DNA of 64,000 nt from Candidatus Obscuribacteraceae bacterium. Lineage in GTDB: Bacteria; Cyanobacteriota; Vampirovibrionia; Obscuribacterales; Obscuribacteraceae. The notes below the pieces were generated by a model. The model did no database searches and was not told the DNA's origin. It worked only from the letters and a program-made list of their open reading frames with translations. This document shows, piece by piece, positions 8,937-19,177 of this stretch (position 1 is the stretch's first letter; each line of letters opens with the position of its first letter). The DNA lies in contig JBGAHS010000002.1 of assembly GCA_044226015.1 (NCBI GenBank), forward strand, positions 625,571 through 689,570. Direction: 5' to 3'. Position numbers and translations under genes: made by a program.

Positions 8937-10085
8937 ATGTATTTCACAGATGATTCACTCTTGCCAGAAAATCAGGAACCACTAATCATCACTGCTGCGC
9001 CTTACGGACCAGTATGGCTGCCGTCCGACTACCCCGAGGACATTGCAGTAAGCTGGGATCAACAAGTGCAGAAAGCGGTTGATTGCTACAATGCAGGCGC
9101 CACGATGTTGCATATACATGTACGAGATCCAAAGACAGGCAAAATCTCAAAGAACTTCAAGGAATATGGTGAGTTGATCGGCCGCTTGCGTGAAGCTGTG
9201 CCAAAGATGATCTTGCAGGTCGGAGGCTCAATTTCATTCTCCCCGCCAGATGACCACAGCAAAGCGCAGTGGCAGGGATATGACACCAGGCACATGCTTA
9301 CCGAGTTGGATCCAAAACCTGACCAGGTTACTGTTGCAATTGGCTCATGCCAGTGGGATATCACTTCGCTGACAACGATGGATGATTGGGCCGGAACTCA
9401 CGTCGCAACCGAAGAGATGGTCTGGGCATTTTCGAACATGGTTGTAGATGCTTTGCCTGACTTCTACATTGAACACTTGAAGCGCCTGAGACAGCACGGA
9501 ATACAACCTTACTTCGCACTAGCCCATATTCACAGCCTGGAAATAGTTGAGCGACTCATACGCAGAGGACTCTATATGGGACCTGTAAATGGATTCTTCA
9601 GCATGGGAGGCGGTGGCGCATGCGGTGCCAATCCATTCGACTGGATGGAACTTATCCGCCGCACTCCACACGGCTCAGTTTTCACATATCAATCAGTTCA
9701 CCGCCTCTCTCATCCATTAGCAGCAATGATGATCGCTCTTGGTCAGCACACACGCGCTGGAATCGAAGAGAACCTGTGGGACACCACAAAAGGGAAGCGC
9801 CTCACAACGGTTCAGATGATCGAAAAGCAAGTGCGTATGGCTAACGAGCTTGGAAGAAAAATTGCCACCGGTGACGAAGCTCGACGAATTCTCAAAATAG
9901 GTACCTGGTACAACTCAGTTGAAGAAACGCTGCAAAACTTGGGGTTGCCACCAAATCGACAACATGGTCAAACCGGTTTCATCGGCTATCCGGCTACTGA
10001 CGGCAGACTTCGAAGCATGGTTGCGGCCGGTTCTGACGGACACCCACTTGCAGGGGAAATCGAACTGGAAAAAGTAGCTAAGTGA
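8937..10085 (+). CDS. Beta-keto acid cleavage enzyme (BKACE/DUF849, 3-keto-5-aminohexanoate cleavage family)
   Basis: PLIITAAPYG, AVDCYNAGATMLHIHVRDP (HxH metal motif), HTRAGIEEN; start at ATG 8937 after AAGGAG. Confidence 0.88.
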   Translation: MYFTDDSLLPENQEPLIITAAPYGPVWLPSDYPEDIAVSWDQQVQKAVDCYNAGATMLHIHVRDPKTGKISKNFKEYGELIGRLREAVPKMILQVGGSISFSPPDDHSKAQWQGYDTRHMLTELDPKPDQVTVAIGSCQWDITSLTTMDDWAGTHVATEEMVWAFSNMVVDALPDFYIEHLKRLRQHGIQPYFALAHIHSLEIVERLIRRGLYMGPVNGFFSMGGGGACGANPFDWMELIRRTPHGSVFTYQSVHRLSHPLAAMMIALGQHTRAGIEENLWDTTKGKRLTTVQMIEKQVRMANELGRKIATGDEARRILKIGTWYNSVEETLQNLGLPPNRQHGQTGFIGYPATDGRLRSMVAAGSDGHPLAGEIELEKVAK

Positions 10086-10106
10086 ACATCGAACTAAAGT
10101 AAATCA

Positions 10107-10137
10107 AAGGGCGTCAGATATGGCGCCCTTCTTGTTT
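10107..10137 (+). terminator. Intrinsic terminator
   Basis: AAGGGCGTCA-GATA-TGGCGCCCTT stem followed by CTTGTTT. Confidence 0.65.
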
Positions 10138-10222
10138 GCAGCAATCATAGCCTCCGGCAATCTCCGAAAACAATCTCAGAAACCACCCTCTAAAACGGCT
10201 GACGTAGAGCAAGCGGTCGAAT

Positions 10223-12475
10223 CTATCTTTGCTGAATTACAGGTTCGTCAGTGCGAGTCCACTTGCTCGAAAATAAGGGACGCAGGCTATTGAACGCAGC
10301 GAGAATAGCTGAACCATTGTTCAACAGTGTAGACATCGCAGGTCCAATCGCACCAGTCGCAGCCAGAGCCAATCCGACGCCGTTCGGTATGGCTACGAAA
10401 CTGAGATTCTCTCTAACAAGCCCCATAGCTTTGCGAGAAATGTCAATTGCTTCAGGCAAACGACTAAGATCATTATCAGTGAGCAGAACGTCTGAACTCT
10501 CTCTTGCAGCATCTGTTGCACTGTGGAGTGAGACCCCGAGATCAGCATGAGCCAGAGCAGGCGAGTCGTTGATGCCATCACCGACCACTGCCACCACAAA
10601 GCCTTCTTCCTTGAGTGATTTAACTAAGTTCGCTTTTTGCTCTGGGAACGAATTAGCGAATACATGATCGATTCCAGCAATCTTTGCAATAATTTTGGCA
10701 GCATGCTCATGATCGCCTGTCGCCATATAAATTCGCTTGATGCCTTGCTTTCTCAAGCGCTTAATTACCCGCGGAACCTCAGGACGCAGATTGTCTGCAT
10801 AACTGATCAACCCAGCGAGTTTTCCGTCAACAGCAACGTAAGCGACTGACTCACCTTTTTTGTGCAAAGCGTTTTCGACCGAATGGGCCGCTTGAATATC
10901 AATGTGTTCAGAATTCATGAAGCGACGGCTGCCAACCAAAACTTGCTTGCCTTCGACAGAAGCACCTACACCAAGCCCAGTCTTATGAGCAGACTCGTCT
11001 CTGTCGGGAATGCGGTCAAGGTGAGTTTTTGCATACCTCACAATGGCTCGAGCTGCTGGATGATGCAACCTCTCTTCAACTGCAGCGGCAAAGGCTAAGA
11101 CCTTTTTGTCGCTGTACTCGCCCAATGCCACCACATCTGATACCTGAGGTTCACCCAGGGTGAGCGTTCCAGTTTTATCTAGCACAATCGCATCGACTTG
11201 CGCCAGACGCTCTACCGCACCACCGCTCTTCATCAGAATGCCCAGTCGTCCTGCCCTTTGCATAGAAGCAAGAATTGCCGTGGGAGCAGAAATTCGTATG
11301 CCCGTAGAAAAATCAAAGATGAGAATAGACATCACGCGAGTTACGTTTCTCGTACATACTCCGCAGATGGCTGCCGTTGCCAGAATTGGCAAAACAAGCT
11401 TGTCCGCCAACTGTGAGGCATAGTTTTGAGTTCTCGTTTCAAAAACCGGTGCTGACTTCACCATTTCAATTACGCGTCCAGCCCGACTGTCTTTGACACT
11501 GGCTTCGCATCGAATATAAACCTTACCTTGTTCTAAATAAGTTCCAGCATAAACTGAATTATCAGCACTGACTTCGACCGGCACAGACTCACCAGTAAGA
11601 GCAGCCTGATTGACAGTGGCTATGCCTCTGATGACCACCCCGTCAACTGGCACAAGCTCACCTGGATAGACCACGACAAGGTCGCCGACACAGACCTGCT
11701 CTGCAGGAATACAAACGCGCTTGTTTCCTTTGACTATCCACGCCGAACAGCCAGCTAGCCCGAGCAAATTGTCCAGCATCTTCTGACAGCGCTGTGCCGT
11801 CAGCTCTCGAATATATTCGCCCAACCCGATCAAGGCAGTCATGAAACTAGCTGCATGCAAATTTTGCTGTGCGATCATCAAAATTGCAGCCAACCCATCT
11901 AAGCCGTCGACACCTATGCGCCCCTCATCAATAGCAGTCTGTGCAGCCCGTCCTGCTATCGGCAGAACGGCGAGACTGCTGAGAGTCGTGGTTGCCAATG
12001 CAGGTGCACCGATAAGAGCTGACGCGAATGCAGAGGCCCCAATCGCACACTGCACCACAGGCGGTGTTAATTGCTCAAGCTTGTGCAAGGCAAATCGAAG
12101 CATCAACTTTAGCTTCGTGAACAATCCAGGAATAAAAGCTTGAGTCTGCTTTATGCCAACAGGCATTTTACGCAGATTGGCGAGGAGGCGTTCTTGCGAA
12201 ATAACAGATTCATCAAAACTGATGACTACTGAGGCACACCAGGTGTTAACTCGAACAGAAAGTACACCTTCGATGTTTTGCGCTGCAAAAAGAAAAGACC
12301 GAGATAGTTTATGGTCAAAACCAAGCTCGTTGACTCTCAGCCTTATACGCCCCTTAACTGCATGCTGCAACTCAATACTGAGAAGCGTTCTTTCACCAGC
12401 TTGCTCGTTATTCTTTTCATTTTCTTCGACGATCGCTAAAGCGTCCGGTCGATTCTTTCCATCTGCAGCGTACAT
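10223..12475 (-). CDS. Heavy-metal P1B-type ATPase with N-terminal HMA2-like domain and non-CPC membrane motif
   Basis: TGES, DKTGTLT, HP (EERLHHP) and GDGINDSP motifs; membrane motif IFDFSTGIRISAP; N-terminal HAVKGRIRL. Confidence 0.92.
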   Translation of the reverse strand: MYAADGKNRPDALAIVEENEKNNEQAGERTLLSIELQHAVKGRIRLRVNELGFDHKLSRSFLFAAQNIEGVLSVRVNTWCASVVISFDESVISQERLLANLRKMPVGIKQTQAFIPGLFTKLKLMLRFALHKLEQLTPPVVQCAIGASAFASALIGAPALATTTLSSLAVLPIAGRAAQTAIDEGRIGVDGLDGLAAILMIAQQNLHAASFMTALIGLGEYIRELTAQRCQKMLDNLLGLAGCSAWIVKGNKRVCIPAEQVCVGDLVVVYPGELVPVDGVVIRGIATVNQAALTGESVPVEVSADNSVYAGTYLEQGKVYIRCEASVKDSRAGRVIEMVKSAPVFETRTQNYASQLADKLVLPILATAAICGVCTRNVTRVMSILIFDFSTGIRISAPTAILASMQRAGRLGILMKSGGAVERLAQVDAIVLDKTGTLTLGEPQVSDVVALGEYSDKKVLAFAAAVEERLHHPAARAIVRYAKTHLDRIPDRDESAHKTGLGVGASVEGKQVLVGSRRFMNSEHIDIQAAHSVENALHKKGESVAYVAVDGKLAGLISYADNLRPEVPRVIKRLRKQGIKRIYMATGDHEHAAKIIAKIAGIDHVFANSFPEQKANLVKSLKEEGFVVAVVGDGINDSPALAHADLGVSLHSATDAARESSDVLLTDNDLSRLPEAIDISRKAMGLVRENLSFVAIPNGVGLALAATGAIGPAMSTLLNNGSAILAAFNSLRPLFSSKWTRTDEPVIQQR

Positions 12476-12494
12476 GTAAGGGATGCCTCAAAGA

Positions 12495-13172
12495 CTAATT
12501 GCCGTGCCCGTGACTGTGACCGTGCCCATTGCCGTCTTTCTTGTGGTGAGACTCAGCCTCTAGATGACTGCCGTTGCCATTCCCTTTGCCATTTGGCTGA
12601 TCAAACACTGAAGGATTTGCAATATTGAATCGCCAGTAAGTATCGAAAGCCCAATAAGCCAGAGCCAGAGGGGTAATGCCATGCCAGAAACTTCGAGTCT
12701 CGTAAGCCTTGAAGATCGCGGCAGCCAGAAACGCTGTTGGAACAACTGTCTTCAAGTCCGACGCCTGCCCCTTTAGTGGTATTAGTGACTTTCCTGCACC
12801 GCCGGAAGCAGCGCCACGTTCTCCAAGGAAGGCTTTAGCAACCATGCCAAGCAGTCCCATGCCTGCGGCGATGAGCCCAGCTCCACTTAAGACTTCGACA
12901 GCTTCGCCTTCGACCAGGGCGGTCAAAAGTTCGGTCTCTACAGCCTCAACCGTCTTGTGCAGCACTTCAAAGATAGGCATATCATGGTCATGATGAACCA
13001 AAACACTTCCGGTGTCCTGATTCAGCTCTACCTGCTTGACGCCAGGCTTCTTCTCAAGCTCCTTCTTAATCTCATGCATTCTATGCCTGTGAGCTTTTGG
13101 AACTTTAATTCGAGTTCTACCAGGAGAGTGATGAGCAACGCCTTTGGACACATGGCTCAGTCTGCTCGACAT
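12495..13172 (-). CDS. HMA2-like domain membrane protein with His-rich tail
   Basis: HHSPGRTRIK...PGVKQVELNQDTGSVLVHHD; C-terminal TM segments; tail SHHKKDGNGHGHSHGHGN. Confidence 0.8.
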   Translation of the reverse strand: MSSRLSHVSKGVAHHSPGRTRIKVPKAHRHRMHEIKKELEKKPGVKQVELNQDTGSVLVHHDHDMPIFEVLHKTVEAVETELLTALVEGEAVEVLSGAGLIAAGMGLLGMVAKAFLGERGAASGGAGKSLIPLKGQASDLKTVVPTAFLAAAIFKAYETRSFWHGITPLALAYWAFDTYWRFNIANPSVFDQPNGKGNGNGSHLEAESHHKKDGNGHGHSHGHGN

Positions 13173-13209
13173 TCAAACACCTCTAATGCAGCTATGCTGA
13201 AGGAATCCC

Positions 13210-13250
13210 AACAAAAGAAAACAGCACCGCCCAAACGAGCAGTGCTGTTT
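13210..13250 (-). terminator. Intrinsic terminator inside the metal-transport cluster
   Basis: Minus strand reads AAACAGCACUGCUC-GUUU-GGGCGGUGCUGUUU followed by UCUUUUGUU. Confidence 0.7.
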
Positions 13251-13257
13251 GCAAAGA

Positions 13258-13503
13258 CTAAGAGCTGCTCTTGGCAGAGATTTGCTTGCCTTGTGTTTTG
13301 CGCTCAGCTTGCACTTCAGCAACGAGATCATCGGCTTCTTCTTTAACTTCAGCCACAATCTCTTTCACTTTGTCAGACACCACAAGCCCTGCTCGAATGA
13401 CTTCCTTGCTAGCAGACTTTACTAACTTGCGGCCACCTGCGGTGCCGAATAGAAGTACTGCTGCGAGTGCCCAGGGGCTTCTGATTGCATCTTTCCAATC
13501 CAT
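13258..13503 (-). CDS. Small DUF5132-like protein associated with the P1B ATPase
   Basis: AKEVIRAGL...KEIVAEVKEEADDLVAEVQAE pattern; AGGAGAG RBS; position at the head of the ATPase cluster. Confidence 0.75.
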   Translation of the reverse strand: MDWKDAIRSPWALAAVLLFGTAGGRKLVKSASKEVIRAGLVVSDKVKEIVAEVKEEADDLVAEVQAERKTQGKQISAKSSS

Positions 13504-13635
13504 TATTTCTCTCCTTAAATCCCGCTTAATCCCGCAAGAAAGAACCGTTATCTGGCTTTAGGGGAAAGCCGTCGAATTCGTTCAATTTATAGGCGTAAAC
13601 TACAAGTATATATCATTAGAGTAAAAATGGATCTG

Positions 13636-15678
13636 TCAGCGCTGGAGTTGCTCCAAAGCCTTTGCACAACTTTTCTTCTCTGCTTCAGCGCCAAGAGAAT
13701 CGTAAACAGAAATCAACATATTCCAGACATTCAGAGGGGCATCTCCACCCGTTATAGTTCGCAAAAGTTTTTGAGCTCGGTCAGCTTGGTCCAAGGCCTG
13801 CTGTTTTTTGTTCTCCTTAGCCAAAATTAGCGCCCTGTACACCCAGACACGAGCTACAGACTGAGGACTGGCTGTAGAAGCCTGCTCGGTAGAGAGTTCG
13901 TTCATCACATTTAAAACACAATTTGCAGATTTATAATCATCTACGCTGATGTAATAATCGAAGAGATCGCTTGTCGCAATAATTTTGTCGTGATAAGACA
14001 GTGCCGAACCTTTTGCAAACTTACATATTTCATTCCTGTACTCAGATTCTGAGCTGCTTTTACCTTCCTGAGAGTAAATCTTACATATAAGAACTTTAGC
14101 GAGGAATGTTTGTGTATTGTACTCAGGAGCCGTGACAGCAATTGCTTTCTCAGCTTCACTTATGGCTTCCGTGAACTTGCGTTGTTTCTCCAAAATCTGA
14201 GCAGAAATAACGTGACCATAAGTCAAAATGTATTTAGCTTTTTCGCGCGAAGCACTCTCGTAATCAAGATCGCTTGATTGCGAATCAAGCTCGCGTTGAG
14301 CGGCGGAAATTGCATGATTAACAAGACCGCTAATGTCACTCATATCGGCGTTTTTAGAGCCATCGAGTAACAAGCGCGCAAGATTAATTTCAGCATCAGC
14401 TGTTTCCAGCGAATTTGGTCCAAAGTCTTCCCTATAAACAGATACTATTTTCTTCCAATTCTCAGCCTGAATCGATTTGTCATTCGAAAATTGCGCCTGA
14501 CAGTTCGAAAAATGCATCAAGCTTTTCCTTCGTGCTGTTTTAACAGCCTGAAGGATGCCACCATTTGATTTCGATGCAATAATGCTGTCTAGTTCAGCCA
14601 ACGCATGTTTGTATAACTCAGAGGCTTCTTTGTACCGTCTATCTTCTCGTTTCGAATCAGCTTGCTTAATTTCAGCTTTCGCCTTCACCCATCGAGAGTC
14701 CACAACTTCTTGTGGGCTATTCTGCTTATTTGCAACAAAAATCGTATAAGCGAAACCAACAGTCAGCAGCAAAGCTGCAACAAACAAACCGCTCTTAAAA
14801 TGCTTCAGGGTCCTGGCACTTGAACTGCGGCTCTTCAGCTTCACTGGTTCATCTTCAAAAGCCTTTTGCATTTGCTTAATTACATCGCTCATCGATTGAG
14901 GACGCTGCGTTGGGTCTTTCTCCAAACAAGAATAGATGAGCCCCGGAAGGCGTGGTGGCAGCTCCAAGTCGTTGCGCACTGACTCCATAGGCGGTACCAC
15001 ATCATTAATATGCATCATCAACACATTTACCGAATTCTCAGCGGCAAATGGAGGGTTTCCGCAAAGCGCTTCGTACATTACACAACCTAGCGAATAGATG
15101 TCAGTTCTGTAATCGAGCTTCTGCCCCTTGCATTGCTCAGGGCTCATGTAAGCGGGACTGCCAACGAGGGCCCCCGTCTTGGTCAATTTATGCTCAGCGG
15201 ACTCGTTATCGTTTCGAGCAATTCCAAAATCCAACAACTTACTCGTTTCGATTTTCTCGTCAGTACAAAGCATTATGTTGCCAGGCTTTATATCTCGATG
15301 AACAACCCCATTGCTGTGGGCATACTCAAGAGCTGACACGACTTGCAGAAATACATGTTGAAATCTAGCAAGAGTTAAGGGACCATTTTGCTTCAGCTCC
15401 TGCGCAAGGGTTTGTCCCTTCAAAAATTCCATCACAAAGTAAGGACGGGAGTTCTCGGCGATACCAAATGAGAATATCTTGACTATATTTGGATGATCTA
15501 ACGCTGAGGTTGTCTTTGCTTCCCGTTTGAATCTTTGCAAACTGCTCTCATCGATCAGCTCGGTATCGGGCAGCATTTTAATCGCTACGATGCGCTCAGA
15601 AGCGAGTTGCAGCGCTTCATAAACGACCCCAGCGCCGCCTTCTCCTATAGTTCTGATGATTTCATATTGATCGAGCAT
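13636..15678 (-). CDS. Hanks-type Ser/Thr kinase with TM segment and C-terminal TPR-like region
   Basis: IGEGGAGVVY, VAIK, HRDIKPGN, DFG and YMSPEQ motifs; TM GLFVAALLLTVGFAYTIFV; helical repeats after it. Confidence 0.93.
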   Translation of the reverse strand: MLDQYEIIRTIGEGGAGVVYEALQLASERIVAIKMLPDTELIDESSLQRFKREAKTTSALDHPNIVKIFSFGIAENSRPYFVMEFLKGQTLAQELKQNGPLTLARFQHVFLQVVSALEYAHSNGVVHRDIKPGNIMLCTDEKIETSKLLDFGIARNDNESAEHKLTKTGALVGSPAYMSPEQCKGQKLDYRTDIYSLGCVMYEALCGNPPFAAENSVNVLMMHINDVVPPMESVRNDLELPPRLPGLIYSCLEKDPTQRPQSMSDVIKQMQKAFEDEPVKLKSRSSSARTLKHFKSGLFVAALLLTVGFAYTIFVANKQNSPQEVVDSRWVKAKAEIKQADSKREDRRYKEASELYKHALAELDSIIASKSNGGILQAVKTARRKSLMHFSNCQAQFSNDKSIQAENWKKIVSVYREDFGPNSLETADAEINLARLLLDGSKNADMSDISGLVNHAISAAQRELDSQSSDLDYESASREKAKYILTYGHVISAQILEKQRKFTEAISEAEKAIAVTAPEYNTQTFLAKVLICKIYSQEGKSSSESEYRNEICKFAKGSALSYHDKIIATSDLFDYYISVDDYKSANCVLNVMNELSTEQASTASPQSVARVWVYRALILAKENKKQQALDQADRAQKLLRTITGGDAPLNVWNMLISVYDSLGAEAEKKSCAKALEQLQR

Positions 15679-15737
15679 CTCTAGCGATTATCTCAGATCA
15701 AAGCAAAATCAAGAAGTCTTGATGTTATATTAGCGGA

Positions 15738-17954
15738 ATGAACGTAGTATCTAGACGACTCTCACTTACCGTTTGCGCACTAATCAGCTCGCAACAATTT
15801 TTAGCTCCATCTCCAGGCTTAACAGAAACTGTTGCTCCTCCAACTACAAAAAAGGTTCAAAGCTCACAAAATCATTTCGGCTTCGAAATTAATGACCACT
15901 ACAAATGGATGGAAGATGGTTTTAAGAACAAGGAATTTGCTGATTACTTGCGTGAACAAAATGACTACACCAGAGCACTGTTAAATAGTATTGGCCCCCC
16001 AAGACAACAGCTGCTCTCTCGCATTCGCGAACTCGACGCAGCGGTTCCAATAGTCAGGTACTGGCAAAGGGCAAACTCAAAAATTTTCTTTTTTGAGACA
16101 GCTACCGATACATTGAGCACATCATTAATGATGGCGAATGAATCAGGAAAGAATGTGAAATTGGTTCTCGACCCGCGGACTCTAGGCAGGAAGGGACAAC
16201 ATGCCTCCATGGATTATTACGCTCCTTCCCCAGACGGAAAGTATGTTGCCGTCGGCCTCTCACTTGGAGGCTCGGAGAATAGCACCATTTACGTCATCGA
16301 TACAAAAAAACGCGAACTATTGCCTGAGAAATTGACGCGAGCTCAATACGGATATCCTAGCTGGAACGCTGATTCAAATGGATTTTACTATTCACGCTTG
16401 CAAGAACTTCCCGAAAATGCAGGACAAAATGAAATTTATGAAAACGAGAAAGTCTTTTTTCACAAGCTAAAAACTAGTGATGAACAGGACATTCCAGTTT
16501 TTGGCAGCGGAGTCTGTGCAAAGATAGATATACCCAAGTATGGATTTATCGGCGCCGTAGCCGACGTTTCATCCCCATTCATACTTGGATTTCACTCAAC
16601 AGGAACCAGTGACCACCAGATCGTTTTTGTCGCAAGAAAGAGCGAGGAAAAGGCACCTCACTGGACCCAAGTGATCAAGAAGGATGATGAACTAGCAGGC
16701 TCTGGCATATCACTGCACGGCAACAACATGTTTGGACTGTTCGAGAAAGACTCACCAAATAGACAACTAATTTCAATAGACCTGAGTCATCCAGATCTGA
16801 AAAGAACAGTTCTCATTCCGTCCAGTAAACGAGTCTTGTTGGGTGTCTATTGCGCTAAGGATGGGCTTTACGTAACGAGCAGGGACGGTATCAAATACTT
16901 TCTACAGCGCTATCAATACGACAAATTCAATGAAGCGGAAGATATTGAACTTCCGTTCGAAGGCATGCTGACAAACATTGATACCAACTCAGATATGAAC
17001 GGAATTATGTTTCGACTGGAATCATGGACCGAAGCCGGGCAGTCATTTGTCTATGATCCCATCAAACGAAAGATGACAAATACAAAGCTAGTGAAAAAAC
17101 ACCCTGCAGACTTTTCCCAGATAGAAGCTAAAGAGATTCTCGTAGACAGCACTGATGGCGCAAGGGTGCCTGTCACTATAGTGAAGCCCAAGAACCTGCC
17201 GCTGGACGGCCAAAGTCCATGCATCATGGTCGCTTATGGAGCCTATGGCATCTCGATTGAACCAAATTACGACCCTACAATGCTTTCATGGTTAGAGAAA
17301 TCGGGACTCGTTGTAATCGTACATGCAAGAGGTGGCGGCGAACTGGGAGTTGCCTGGCATGAATCAGGCAAAAAGAGCAAGAAGCAACATTCAATAGACG
17401 ACGTCATCTGCACGGCAGAATATCTCATAGCAAACAAATATACATCCCCAGCCAAGCTAACCATCAAGGGCACCAGTGCCGGTGGCATTGTTTGCGGAGG
17501 TGCCATCACTCAACGTCCTGACCTATTCGCTGTAGCAATAGATAATGTTGGAATGACAGATATGATTGGCTTCCAGCAAACACAGGGTGGAGAGGCCAAC
17601 ATACCTGAGTTTGGCGACCTCAAGAAAAAGGACGAGTTCGAAAGCCTGTTCGCCATGAGTGCCTATCACCACATCAAGGACGGCACAAAATATCCTGCTT
17701 TGCTAGGAATTACAGGAGCAAACGACCCAAGAGTGCCCAGCTGGATAATCGCGAAAATGGTGGCACGCATCCGCGAAGCATCAAGCAGCGGCAAGCCGTC
17801 ACTTCTAAGAGTCGATTTCGATGCTGGACATGGCAATGGCTCAAATCGAACTCAACGACAAAAGCAACAGGCTGACGAGCGAAGCTTCATCCTCTGGCAA
17901 ACAGGCGACCCAAATTTTCAGCCAGCAGCTGATGCTTTTGAAGAGAGTCGCTAA
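15738..17954 (+). CDS. Prolyl oligopeptidase (S9A), exported
   Basis: DHYKWME, RGGGELG, GTSAGG nucleophile elbow, NDPRV, AGHG; N-terminal signal peptide. Confidence 0.92.
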   Translation: MNVVSRRLSLTVCALISSQQFLAPSPGLTETVAPPTTKKVQSSQNHFGFEINDHYKWMEDGFKNKEFADYLREQNDYTRALLNSIGPPRQQLLSRIRELDAAVPIVRYWQRANSKIFFFETATDTLSTSLMMANESGKNVKLVLDPRTLGRKGQHASMDYYAPSPDGKYVAVGLSLGGSENSTIYVIDTKKRELLPEKLTRAQYGYPSWNADSNGFYYSRLQELPENAGQNEIYENEKVFFHKLKTSDEQDIPVFGSGVCAKIDIPKYGFIGAVADVSSPFILGFHSTGTSDHQIVFVARKSEEKAPHWTQVIKKDDELAGSGISLHGNNMFGLFEKDSPNRQLISIDLSHPDLKRTVLIPSSKRVLLGVYCAKDGLYVTSRDGIKYFLQRYQYDKFNEAEDIELPFEGMLTNIDTNSDMNGIMFRLESWTEAGQSFVYDPIKRKMTNTKLVKKHPADFSQIEAKEILVDSTDGARVPVTIVKPKNLPLDGQSPCIMVAYGAYGISIEPNYDPTMLSWLEKSGLVVIVHARGGGELGVAWHESGKKSKKQHSIDDVICTAEYLIANKYTSPAKLTIKGTSAGGIVCGGAITQRPDLFAVAIDNVGMTDMIGFQQTQGGEANIPEFGDLKKKDEFESLFAMSAYHHIKDGTKYPALLGITGANDPRVPSWIIAKMVARIREASSSGKPSLLRVDFDAGHGNGSNRTQRQKQQADERSFILWQTGDPNFQPAADAFEESR

Positions 17955-18006
17955 TAATCCCTTTGACGAACACAAAGAAAGCCAGCAGGGCTTCCGCCGA
18001 CACGGA

Positions 18007-19113
18007 TTAACGCAAATTGCGAGTTTTATAAGTAATAAGCGGCCTCAAGCTCAGAATTACTTTAATAACACCTGCATCCACCAGGTCTTTGACCACTATA
18101 TCAATATTTTTGTAAGCTTCTGGGGCTTCCTCATAAAGCAGTTCTTTATCATCGCAAATCACCCGACTTCCCAGTTCGGTTCTCTGCAGGTCTTCACGGC
18201 TATAGCGCTGCTCTAGCCTTCCTCTACAATCAGCTCTCTTCCACTTGCGCCCTGCACCGTGAGCCAGAGTGGACAGATTGTCATTCTGCGACCCCGTTGC
18301 AATAACAAGATAACTTGAAGCACCTCTCGACCCCGGAATAACCACCGCACCACGATTTGATGGTGCCGCCCCTTTTCGGTGCAACCAGACGTTTCTGTCC
18401 TGCAGTGATGCCGGTTCCAGCAAGTTGTGATGAACGTCCAGGCATTGAGATATCTCAGTACCTATTGCCGACGAGAACCGCTGTGCTATTAATTTCCGAT
18501 TAGCCCGAGCCCAAGATAACGCATCGTTATGCAAGCTCAAGTAACGCTTTGCCGCTGCGCTTGATTCTTCTAACGGACCATTTTTATGTTCAGCAACATG
18601 CTGCCTCAAAATGCTATCGCCAAATCCACGTGACCCGCTGTGAACTAGCAGATACAAGCATTTATCGTCGTAGTCGACTGCAGCTTGCTCATCGAATACT
18701 TCGTGGATCTGCTGCAACTCGGCAAAATGATTGCCACCACCAATAGTTCCTAAGGAACTATCAAACTCAATTGACTGCACACCGTTATCATGTCGAAACT
18801 GCTCACAATCACCGCCCCAGCTATCGTCTAAACCAACGAGCTTCTTGGTCCACTTGTCTAATTTCAATTTCCGCTTTTCTAAATCGGTTTTCCACAAAGC
18901 CATTCCACATCCGATATCATTACCAACCAGGTGTGGATAAAAGAGCCCTTCACTCGCGAAAACGGCACCAATAGGAACATCTTTCCCAGGATGCAAATCT
19001 GGCATTCCGACAGCAGCAAGCATACCTGGCAGCTGAGCTGTCTTTTGCAGTTGCTCAATAGCGAGAGATTCAATCCAATTTTCAGGCGATGCAATTACAC
19101 GCGCAGCTAACAC
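18007..19113 (-). CDS. rtcB: RtcB family RNA ligase, resembling the PrfH-associated subfamily (RtcB2)
   Basis: GMPDLHPG, GNDIGCGM, GTIGGGNHFAE, HSGSRG, HRKGAAP, AHGAGR, EEAPEAYK; 368 aa with WIE.LAIEQL N-terminus. Confidence 0.9.
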   Translation of the reverse strand: MLAARVIASPENWIESLAIEQLQKTAQLPGMLAAVGMPDLHPGKDVPIGAVFASEGLFYPHLVGNDIGCGMALWKTDLEKRKLKLDKWTKKLVGLDDSWGGDCEQFRHDNGVQSIEFDSSLGTIGGGNHFAELQQIHEVFDEQAAVDYDDKCLYLLVHSGSRGFGDSILRQHVAEHKNGPLEESSAAAKRYLSLHNDALSWARANRKLIAQRFSSAIGTEISQCLDVHHNLLEPASLQDRNVWLHRKGAAPSNRGAVVIPGSRGASSYLVIATGSQNDNLSTLAHGAGRKWKRADCRGRLEQRYSREDLQRTELGSRVICDDKELLYEEAPEAYKNIDIVVKDLVDAGVIKVILSLRPLITYKTRNLR

Positions 19114-19177
19114 GGCAGTTCTAAACTCCGTGAAGAGTATGAATCATAAATATGCATGCAGTTGGGCACGAAACTCT

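Noticed and set aside
13595..13630. Fur-like box upstream of the metal cluster
   Set aside because: Only a partial AATGAT match in AT-rich DNA, with no convincing inverted repeat
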